Of a stretch of 64,000 bases of DNA, positions 54,088 to 64,000 are shown one piece after another. The first letter of the stretch is position 1. Every line of letters starts with the position of its first letter. The notes beneath the pieces were generated by a model. That model was not told the origin of the DNA, did not search any database, and saw only the letters and a program-made list of their open reading frames with translations. This DNA is from Octopus sinensis. Its lineage: Eukaryota. Where the stretch lies: the NCBI RefSeq assembly GCF_006345805.1, contig NC_043008.1, forward strand, positions 60,450,001 to 60,514,000, read 5' to 3'. Position numbers and translations under genes: made by a program.

Positions 54088-55149
54088 TTATCAGTAATCA
54101 TTCTATCTGTTGATCAAACGATTATGCCAGTTCACAATCCAATCCCGAGATTCAAGTAGTAACTATGCAGAGAATAATGTTTATCGTCACTTCAACATGA
54201 CTATTCCAGAAGAACTGACGTTACTACCATTTTAACCCCACGAGGACGCCTCCTCTAGTTGGTTATTCGATGGTTATTATTGCCACAGGGTAAAATATAC
54301 GGAGCCTTTGTATGCGGTGGGGGTTGCATAAAAAAGATGAGGAAATAAGGCAAAAAGACGGTGAAAAGAGATGAAAGTATAAATAGCATACAAGGTATGT
54401 GAACATATGAATAATGAAATCTTTCTGATGCAGGATGAGCTCCAACTTGAGCCATTAAGGGAAACTCACAGATACAAAATTAGCTGTAGACTGCAAATAC
54501 ACGAGCTCTAGCACAACTGTTGACCTTCAGTCTACAGGTGCATTCTTAGAGGTCTATTCATCCACACCTTTTTTGCCACAGTCATCCGCCTTTCCTCAAA
54601 TGCACTGGGAAAGAGCTCTTTCATCACCACCCCCACATTTCTTTCTGTCTAGAACTTATAAAAAAAAAAACTATCGATGTGTTCCTGGCAGTATCTTATA
54701 CGGTTGACTAATGAGCATTCAAAACATGGCAGCCAAATTTTCCTCGAAGAGTAAGCTATTGGTCTTTTATAATACATTAGATAGCACAACCTCACACAGC
54801 TGTGAGAGACAGGATAACGCGGCCGGGAAGGCATAGATCATTGGACATTTCACTAAGCACTGAGCAGATGTTAAGCAACACCATGATTCTATGTAGGGAC
54901 ATAGCCAGAATATTATTTAGGAGAATCGCAACTGATGACATATACACTGTATATAACGATTTCTTTTATTTTCGATGTCAGAATCAGGAAATGTAAAGTC
55001 GACCTCGGAATAAAAATTTGAATTGAAAATACAAAAGACGTAACTCGTATGGTATGGCATTTAGCCCAACCACTTCACTGATTGTGGGGCGTATTGATAC
55101 GTATTGATAAAGACTAGAAGAAATGTATAAAGAAAAACGTAACTTAATA

Positions 55150-55650
55150 GGAAAAAATGAAAATTAGGAAAACGAAAAAAGAGGAAGATGATAAAAGCGG
55201 ACAAGTAAACAAGAAGAAGAAAAAAAAACGCAGAATGAAATTGATGAAGAAAAGGTTGGCAAGAAGTGTCAGGAAAGATAACAAAAAAAACTGGGGGTGG
55301 AAAAGAATGGTAAGAGGAGCAAAGTAAAGAAGAAAAAGAAACAGAAGAATGAAACGTAGATAAAAGAAAAGGGGTGGGAAAAAGAGTAGGAAGAAAATGA
55401 TGGAAAGGAGATGAAGAAGAATGAGGTAATTATGAAAGAGAATGAGATGAAGAAGAATTGAATGGGGCAGATAAAGAAGAGGGAAAGAAGCAGACGATAA
55501 AGAAGTAGAAGGAAAGAAGAGGAAAGAAATGAAAAAGAGGAAAAGAAGAGAATTAATAAATAAAAAGAGAGGAGAGAAGAACAAAGAGTGGGAAGTGATG
55601 ATGAACAGAAAATGAAGAGGATGTGGAGAAGGAGAAGGAGAAGGAGGAGG
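55150..55650. repeat. Purine-rich low-complexity (GAA/AAG/GGA) tract
   Basis: Almost all A/G on the plus strand. Confidence 0.85.
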
Positions 55651-56403
55651 ATGTCATGGCAGAAAGAGAAGGCGTTGACAATTCTCAATTCTCTCAGTTG
55701 TTTACTCGTAACTAACACGTTATTTGCACTGGAAGACATATTTAGTCAGTACGAAAATGGGGTCTCTACAGAAGCTTTACAGAATGAATTATTGGCAAGG
55801 TGTCAATAGGCAAAGCTGCAGGGATTACTTGGTGTACTCAGACAAATTCATCGATTTTTGTACCCAAACGCACACACACAAAATCACACGTAAATTAATT
55901 CACACATATAAATGTACATGCATGTATATATATTCAAACTACTTATTGTTACAAATACGCTGATATCATAAATAGTTGCTCGTGTAGACATGTATGTACT
56001 GTAACCATGAAATTATCAATGCTTCTGTACAGTATAGCGAGAATGATGACAGCAATCATAATCCTGGTGTCAAGATTATATATGTAGATGTATCGGTTGA
56101 TGTATGCACATATTTCAAAAATATATCTATAAATTTGCACATAGATATAAGAATAACCACCACCTTTGCTACTAACAACGCACGTGTGTGTCTCTCTCTG
56201 CCCCACCTCTCTCTCTCTCTCTGTATATATATATATATATATACACAATCATAACTACATATGCATTTATGTGTGTATACACATATACATACATATATAT
56301 ATATACAGGCATTGCAAGTTAAATAAAGCTGCAATGCATTCAGGATTTAGAGACCCATCTTGATGTATGTGTGAGTGTATGTACATGCATATATATATAT
56401 ATA

Positions 56404-56781
56404 CTAGCAGTATCGCCCGGCGTTGCTCAGGTTTGTAAGGGAAATAACTATAAAGCATTTTTAGAGAGTTATAGCCAAAAAGTAGCAAAAAAATGGAAAA
56501 AAATTATGGTAAATTTTATTTTGAGATTTAAAAAAGGTAGAGTTGCGTCCCCTAGACTGTTTGTGGTTCGTATTCCTGATTCTCGACCCCATGTCGAATT
56601 TATCGATTTTTTCAGAACTGGGGGAACTTTTCAAAATTTTCGCTGCGTTAGTTTTGAATTATGACATTGGGCTATGTGTGTGTCAAGTTTCATCAGAATC
56701 GGTTGAAAGCCGTGGTCAGGGTGAGGGTACAAGCAAACAGACACACAGAACACGCACAGACAAACTGCCGTTTATATAGAG

Positions 56782-56782
<1 letters not shown>
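56404..56782 (-). mobile_element. Non-autonomous Helitron (379 bp)
   Basis: Minus strand A|TCTCTATATAAACGGCAG... to hairpin + GATACTGCTAG|T. The 3' ~120 bp is shared with the 10245 element. Confidence 0.85.
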
Positions 56783-56854
<72 letters not shown>

Positions 56855-56855
<1 letters not shown>

Positions 56856-57158
56856 TCTTTTGTTCCTTTATTCTTTTATTTGATTCAGTCATTTTGACTG
56901 CGGCCATGCTGGACCACAGCCTTTAGTCGAGCAAATTGACCACAGAATTTATTCTATCGGTCTCTTTTGCCGAACTGATATATATATATATATATATTAT
57001 ATATATGTATATATATATATATAATATGTATATATATATTCTTTTGTTCCTTTATTCTTTTATTTGATTCAGTCATTTTGACTGCGGCCATGCTGGACCA
57101 CAGCCTTTAGTCGAGCAAATTGACCACAGAATTTATTCTATCGGTCTCTTTTGCCGAA

Positions 57159-57162
<4 letters not shown>
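56855..57162 (-). repeat. Two identical ~124-bp SINE A 3' fragments in tandem (period 184 bp)
   Basis: 56855-56978 is identical to 57039-57162, separated by (TA)n. Confidence 0.92.
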
Positions 57163-57196
<34 letters not shown>

Positions 57197-57502
57197 CACA
57201 CATACGTGTAAGTTTAGAAATATAGTGTTACTTTGGGATATTATTATTACTATTACTAGCAAATCTACACATTTACGATGGAGGCATAAAATGAGGGAGG
57301 AAAGTCATAACAGCAGTATGTACTGAGAAATGCGTAAATGGACTTGATAGATTACTGGGTGATGTCTTAGAGAAATCACATTATTGCTGGTGATACAGCA
57401 TTCTGTTGGAACTATATGGCATGTGTTTGCGATTAAGTGACATGGGATGACGATTCACTACCGAACTGAAATAGGCTCCCAGCCTCTGTATGTGGATCAA
57501 TC

Positions 57503-58381
57503 CTAACAATAGCCAGACCTTCCAGCGACCACTACATAAAAAGAATTAAGAAAAAATGATGCTATTTAGATATACTTTTATTTTAGTTGTTCACACTATT
57601 TTATGCTTGTTTATACTCTTATACATTTTAAGTTCACAAATTATAAGTTCCTTATTTCGATTATGACTCATATTCCTTTCGTTAATATCAATACGATTAC
57701 AAAACATTTTTGTAGGCAATATTTTCTGTTTGATCGACAGTCATTTTCAAATCAATGCACTCCGTTACTCTACTCAGAGCAACGAATAACTGGCCGTTTG
57801 TAAACGCCGGAGTGGGTAAAGATACACCTAAACGATCTAAAGTCTGGCCCTGTGCCTTGTTTGCTGTGAATGAGGGTTGCAAAAACTTAAACTAAGACTT
57901 ACCTCACACTGTTCTATGTGAATAATGTCTGGATGTTCTGGTACCGTGGATTATTTTGATTGACAAAACTGAGATGTAAACAACAACCGCTTCGATTAAC
58001 CGTTTCGAATCCTGCTCGAGAATAACACACTTCAATAACCACTAAATAATCACACACACTATATACTGACACACACATTTTCCATTCTATTTTTTCTTTT
58101 AACCGTTCCCGCGAACCCACTTCGTAGCTACGGGAGGGCCACAAACTATGCGATGAAAATCCAGAGTTACTCCTAAAAATACGAATGTGGCTTATCAATT
58201 CAAAAATCGATATAATAATCACACTTTCTGATTTTTTATTGTCTAAAACCTTCCTTACGACCGTTTTGGAATCCCGAAAAATATCGTAACCATCGGGCCA
58301 GCCGTCTAGCCGTGAAGAGGGAGCAGACACAGAAACGGACAGACGGACAGACAGATGGATAAAACGCCCATTATAGTAAGA
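57503..58381 (-). mobile_element. Internally deleted Helitron retaining the RepHel helicase C-terminus
   Basis: 5' end A|TCTTACTATAATGGG at 58381. ORF 57697-57882 reads FTANKAQGQTLDRLGVSLPTPAFTNGQLFVALSRVT...TENIAYKNVL (PIF1-like motifs: TINKSQGQT, HGQLYVALSR). 3' end GCTGGAAGGTCTGGC-TATTG-TTAG. Confidence 0.9.
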
Positions 58382-58441
58382 TGTGATTTCGAAGTATTGA
58401 ATGAAATAGATCTATGCACAATATATGTACTCTCCTTTTTC

Positions 58442-58615
58442 AAGGCAGTGAGTTGGCAGAATTGTTAGCACGACGGGCAAAATGCTTAGTGTTTTTTACG
58501 TACTGAGTTCAAATTCCGCCGGGGTTGACTTTGCATTTAATCATTTCCGACTCTATAAGATGAGTTTCCCTTGAGCACAGAGGTCGATGTAATCAAATTA
58601 TTTAACTCCCTCAGA
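58442..58615 (+). mobile_element. SINE group C (diverged)
   Basis: aaggcagtgagttggcagaattgttagcacg...ctgagttcaaattccgccggggttgactttgc. Confidence 0.82.
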
Positions 58616-58833
58616 AATTCCAGAGCCAAGATTTACAAATAATGTTTACTATCCTTTGACTATTTTGTTATCAGTATAAGAAATCACTACAAGCATGCTG
58701 ATAAGCTGCATGCATGTATACCGTATATCTGGTGGTGGCTATATTTTGACGTCAGTGTCCGAAGAGATGGTAGTATCCTATATATATATATATGGTAGCA
58801 GTAAGATTTGACATGTATGCGGTGGCTGGACGC

Positions 58834-58879
58834 TTGACGCTGATGACTTGCAATAGAATGAAATTACGTGATACGCGAA
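58834..58879 (+). ncRNA. Degenerate minimal hammerhead motif
   Basis: TTGACG-CTGATGA-cttgcaatagaat-GAAA-TTACGTGATA/CGCGAA. Stem III is near-palindromic (ATTACGTGAT); stem I pairs at 4 of 6; stem II is poor. Confidence 0.45.
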
Positions 58880-59029
58880 TTTCGGTACCCATGGCAGACA
58901 GTTCTCGGTTGCCACTTTCTTATGTATGCACCGATAAAAGGCACATTCAAGGCTAATAGTACAGTATTCAGTGTTCTAACAAGATATCTATGTTAAATTG
59001 ATATTAACGCTGCTTCTGTCTCTAATTTT

Positions 59030-59435
<406 letters not shown>

Positions 59436-59869
59436 ATGCATTCATGCTTGCACTCATGTACTTATCCATAATACCATAATATTTGAAATGTAAATAATGC
59501 CAGAACTCTGTCACTATTCCTAACGTATAATCAAGAACAATCCAATCACCAATAACGGATACACATGTTCTCTCTCTCTGTCTGTCAGTCTCTCTGTCTC
59601 TCTCTCCTCACTATTCCTCGGTGTATATGTTTATGTATGTAATGTACTAATGTATGTACACACATACCCACACGTGCCACATATACATGCACGCAAGGCT
59701 GCCATTGTGCATGTGTGCACGCGTGTCTGTGCACGTCTGCGTATGTGTGTGTAAGACATTGAGCGGCGTGTTTGCGTTTGTTATATTTCCTGTTGTTCAG
59801 TCAGTGAGTTATTACACATAAGTATTTGTTTGTGTGTGTGTATATTTATACGCATACGCTCACACACAT

Positions 59870-59888
59870 ACACATATATATATACATA

Positions 59889-59937
<49 letters not shown>

Positions 59938-59994
59938 GTTTATATGTTTATTTCTGTGCGGGCAAAATGAACGTATACACGAATTTATATTATA

Positions 59995-60082
<88 letters not shown>

Positions 60083-60106
60083 GTATGTATATATATATAT
60101 ATATTG

Positions 60107-60149
<43 letters not shown>

Positions 60150-60204
60150 AATATATATGTATTATATATATATATATATAGATATATATATATATATATA
60201 TGTA

Positions 60205-60242
<38 letters not shown>

Positions 60243-60305
60243 ATATATATATATGTATGTGTGTGTGGTGTGTGTGTGTGTGTTTTGTGTGTGCATGTGT
60301 GTGCA
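59870..60305. repeat. (TA)n/(TATG)n/(TG)n tract
   Basis: Direct inspection. Confidence 0.95.
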
Positions 60306-60854
60306 TTTTCTTTATTTTGGCATATTATTACTTTATTACATTTCTTGTCCTGTCATAAAGCAACAAACATCACATTTGTTGTTTGCTAATAAAGCAGAGT
60401 ATTCTGGTGCCAGTTCATTTCTGCATTGTCTCAGAACATATCATGCATTCACTTCCTGTTGATATACAACAGTCTATTTCGTCTGACATACTCAACCGAT
60501 ATAGAAAAGCAGCTGCTATTCTCAGATCTATTTATTTTCACATGTTATTTCAGTATTCGTGAGGCTGTGTTCAGAAATTTTCTATACGCCCTCCTCATAG
60601 TTCTGAGATTGATGTGCTTCGTGAACTCATCTAGCGACCGCTAAATGCATATTTCATCAATTATAATGGATCATGGAAGGAGTCTGTGCGTAGTTGTCGG
60701 AATCTTGCTGGAAATATTACTTTTAGAAAATATATAAGACACATTAGATAAAATATTACGAGATTCTTCTCAAAAGATTGTTTCGATGGCCATAGCTGAA
60801 ACAGCTTTCATCGGATTTCTCTACTGCAATGTAGCTCCTTGGCTGAAGTATATC

Positions 60855-61290
60855 TGTTATTATACTGGTTTCAAATTTTAGCAAAGCGGTAGCATTTTGG
60901 CGGATTAGGTAAACCCCTGTGCTCAGCTAGAACTTATGTTATTGGCCCCGAAATGATGAAGGGCCAAGTAGACCTCGACGGAATTTGAACGCAGAACGTA
61001 AAGACGGAAGAAACACTGCTGTGTTTCGCCCGGCGTGCTAACGATGCTGGCCGCCCGAATACCAGTTATTATATAGGATTCAAGTTTTGGTTCTAGTCCA
61101 GCAATTTCAGAGGAGGGGAATTAGTTGATTACATCGACTCCAGTGCTTAACTGGTACTTGTATTTTCGCCCCCAATATGATGGAGGGCAAAGTAGACCTC
61201 AGCAGAATTTGAACACAGAACGTAATCACTGAAGAGATACTCCAAAACATTTTGCCCGGCGCGCTAACACTTCTGCGAGCTTACCACCCT
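60855..61290 (-). mobile_element. Two adjacent diverged SINE group C copies (alternative tail)
   Basis: The core ccccgaaatgatgaagggccaagtagacctc...gaatttgaac occurs at about 60945 and about 61170. Confidence 0.8.
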
Positions 61291-61597
61291 AGTTATCATA
61301 TTTCCAACGTAAATGGGTAAGCCAAGAAAATATATTGGAACTACAGAATGTTTTCTCTGTGCTTAAAGGATTGCACAGTATATTGCTGTCATACAAATTC
61401 TCATACAAATATACAAAGTATATTGTAACCATACAAATTCTCAACTATCTATCAATAAATTATAACGATATATGTCATAAGCAACACATTAAAACAGTTC
61501 ATCTCATGTATATGGTTTACATAACATAAAATGCACATAGAGGTTTTATTATTCATCTGTACTTACGAAGCCACAAAAATCACATAGTAATATTAAA

Positions 61598-61624
61598 TCT
61601 ATCTATCTATCTATCTATCTATCG

Positions 61625-61687
<63 letters not shown>

Positions 61688-61858
61688 CCTGTATCTATCT
61701 ATCTATCTATCTATCTATCATCTATCCATCCATCTATCCATCTATCTATCCATCTATCCATCTATCCATCTATCTTTCCATCTATCTACCTATCCATCTA
61801 TCTATCTATCTATCCATCTATCTACCCATCTATCCATCTATCTATCTATCTATCTATA
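61598..61858. repeat. (TATC)n/(CATC)n microsatellite
   Basis: Direct inspection. Confidence 0.95.
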
Positions 61859-62702
61859 AAATAATACCTATTGATAGTACCACGTCATGTCATTAACTGT
61901 GCCATAAAGCGCTATACTACACGTACTCTTCTGATAATAAATCGCTTGTATGACTCATAAAATATAGAAGATCCCCTATTGATGGTATATCTCGTTTATA
62001 TCCAGTGTTATAAAGACACTGAATTTTATGATATATAGGATAGGATATATAAGACATGTAAATCAGATACTGAACTCTTAGTTTGCTTTCAGTTGACAGT
62101 TAAGCTAGTAATGTATGTGTCTAATATACTATAAGACGGGAAAATATCGCATCTTCGTGTTAAAAATGCTAAAAAGATTGCTTGTGGATAGTACACTTTA
62201 TCCTATGTTATATAAACTGTGAAAAAATACTGATAGACTGTTGGAGTGATGGTAAAAAGTCTCATGTTTGACAAGCTGTAACGTACCCGGACTGACGCTA
62301 AATGTTTCATGTGTCTAATACTGAAACTTCTGTCTTATGTAACAAAACAATCTATAAGAAACACATATCAATGTTATAACATATTTTTCATATGTCTAAT
62401 ATACTTCAAAGAACATACTAACATACTAACAGAATAACTTATCTCCTATTTTACTAATGGACTATAACAACATATAGTGATAGCCATTCTTATCTGCGTG
62501 CCTAAACAGAATATAAAGAGCATATATATACGACATCTAAATGTTTCTAGATAAACTCTTAATAATACATACAAACGTAGAACTTCTTATCCGTGAGAAT
62601 ATGTATAGTATATAATGTCATGTGTCTAATAAACTACTAAGGCCACATACTAACTATGTATTTTATCTGCGCAGTTAATGAATACTGAAGAACACATAAA
62701 TA

Positions 62703-62957
62703 ATAAAATTAAATGCGCCCATTTTAAAGACTAGCCAGGCTCATGGACCTGTTTTCCCGGTTTCTATGGCGTGTGTGTTCACCAGCTGGACGGGACGCCA
62801 GTCCATCGCAGCATTACTCATTTTTGCCGGCTGTGTAGAGCAACGAGAAATGAAGTGTTTTGCTCAAGAACACAACGCGTCGCCCGGTTCAGGAATCGAA
62901 ACCACAATCTTACGATCATGGTGCTGACACCCTAACCACTAAGCCACGCGCCTCCAC
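62703..62957 (-). mobile_element. tRNA-derived SINE, group B (head H2 + tail T2)
   Basis: Reverse complement GTGGAGGCGCGTGGCTTAGTGGTTAGGG...GGTTTCGATTCC, core ttgagcaaaacacttcatttc; tail shared with the 5212 copy. Confidence 0.88.
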
Positions 62958-62982
62958 GAAGAACACATACAGACGATATAAA

Positions 62983-63130
62983 TATTTCTTTATTACCCGC
63001 AGGGGTCTAAACATAGAGGGGGCAAACAAGGACAGACAAAGAAATTATGTGCGTAACTGGTACTTATTTAATCGACCATGAAAGGATGAAAGGCAAAATT
63101 GACCTCGGTGGAATTTGAACTCAGAACATA
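62983..63130 (-). mobile_element. SINE group C, 3' part
   Basis: tttctttattacccgcaggggtctaaac...cctcggtggaatttgaactcagaac. Confidence 0.85.
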
Positions 63131-63199
63131 CCGACCATATAATAACGCATTTATGTATTAAGTAAATTACAGATAGGCTTTACTGACGATATGATATCT

Positions 63200-63489
63200 A
63201 TTTCTTTACTACCCACAAGGGTCTAAACACAGAGGGGACAAACAAGGAGAGACAAACTTATTTAATCGACCCCGAAAGGATGAAAGGCAAAGTCAACCTC
63301 GGCGGAATTTGAACTCAGAACGCAGCGGCAGACGAAATACCGCTGGGTATTTCGCCCGACTTGCAAACGATTCTGTCGGCTTTTAAAACACACATCGCCA
63401 TGTCTGGGAATCGCTCGGTCTGGGAATCGAAACCGCGATCCTCCGACCGCGAGTCCGCTGCCCTAACCACTGGGCCATTGCGCCTCCAC
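63200..63489 (-). mobile_element. Composite SINE: group B H1 head joined to a group C body
   Basis: H1 head at 63383-63489 (A box TGGCCCAGTGG, B-box-like GGTTTCGATTCCC) runs into a C element at 63200-63381. An identical 18-mer ACTGACGATATGATATCT flanks it at 63182-63199 and 63493-63510. Confidence 0.75.
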
Positions 63490-64000
63490 GTAACTGACGA
63501 TATGATATCTCATCTATGTGGCAAACAAATTAGAACGAGCATCTACTGTGAGTATGTCTAACCTATACAGCTAATATACTATTAAGAATGAACACTAATT
63601 GTATATCTTGTGTATGTGTCTAATGAGTTGTAGCGAATACATACTGGTTATAGATTAATAGAACAGAATCGGTAGACTTGCCAAAAAAAATCATTTCATA
63701 GTTTACTCATGTCCCTTGGCTTTTTTTTTTCCTCTGAGTTCAAATCCCAGTAGAGATGATTTTGCCTTTTATTTACATCGGTTCAATAAACCATTCAATC
63801 TAACACCTACCATCCACTACCACTACTACTGCTACTGCTGCTACTGTTGCTGCTGCTGCTCCTGATGATGAGAATGATGCTAGTGGTAGTAGTATTAGTA
63901 GCACACTTGTAGTTAAAATGTGTGTGGCTTTCTGCCTAAATTAGAAATCAATATTAATGTAAGTTCGATTTTCAGGTTGGAAATACTTCACATTCTTTCC

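Noticed and set aside
55588-55963. Two overlapping ORFs after the purine tract
   Set aside because: The first ORF starts in low-complexity sequence and neither has a recognisable domain or clear splice pair.
63420-63489. tRNA gene
   Set aside because: A and B boxes and the D-arm are present, but the anticodon, T and acceptor stems do not pair fully and the sequence continues as SINE; the same holds at 21641, 5460 and 62890.

Overview
AT-rich animal genomic DNA, intronic or intergenic. The SINE families and the extreme (TA)n/(GATA)n/(CA)n load look like an octopus or other cephalopod genome (inferred from pattern recognition, not searched). No protein-coding gene can be identified with confidence. 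Most ORFs in the supplied track are translations of microsatellites. Interpretable content: (i) about 25 copies or fragments of three tRNA-derived SINE groups (called A, B and C here), including tandem and chimeric forms; (ii) DNA-transposon fossils: three mariner derivatives with TIRs, a Merlin/ISXO2-type transposase and a Chapaev3-like transposase; (iii) three non-autonomous Helitrons with TC...CTAG-type ends; (iv) a CR1/L2-type LINE ORF2 fragment; (v) several Penelope-like (PLE) remnants carrying hammerhead ribozyme (HHR) motifs, many in inverted or palindromic arrangements. Best leads: an intact type I HHR at 41461-41549; a 132-bp near-perfect palindrome with an HHR motif on each strand at 37155-37286; and a foldback repeat (30843-31509) whose arms contain the HHR core segments with complementary stems I and III but in a non-circularly permuted order, which is speculative and needs a cleavage assay. 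Coordinates were counted by hand and may be off by a few bases.
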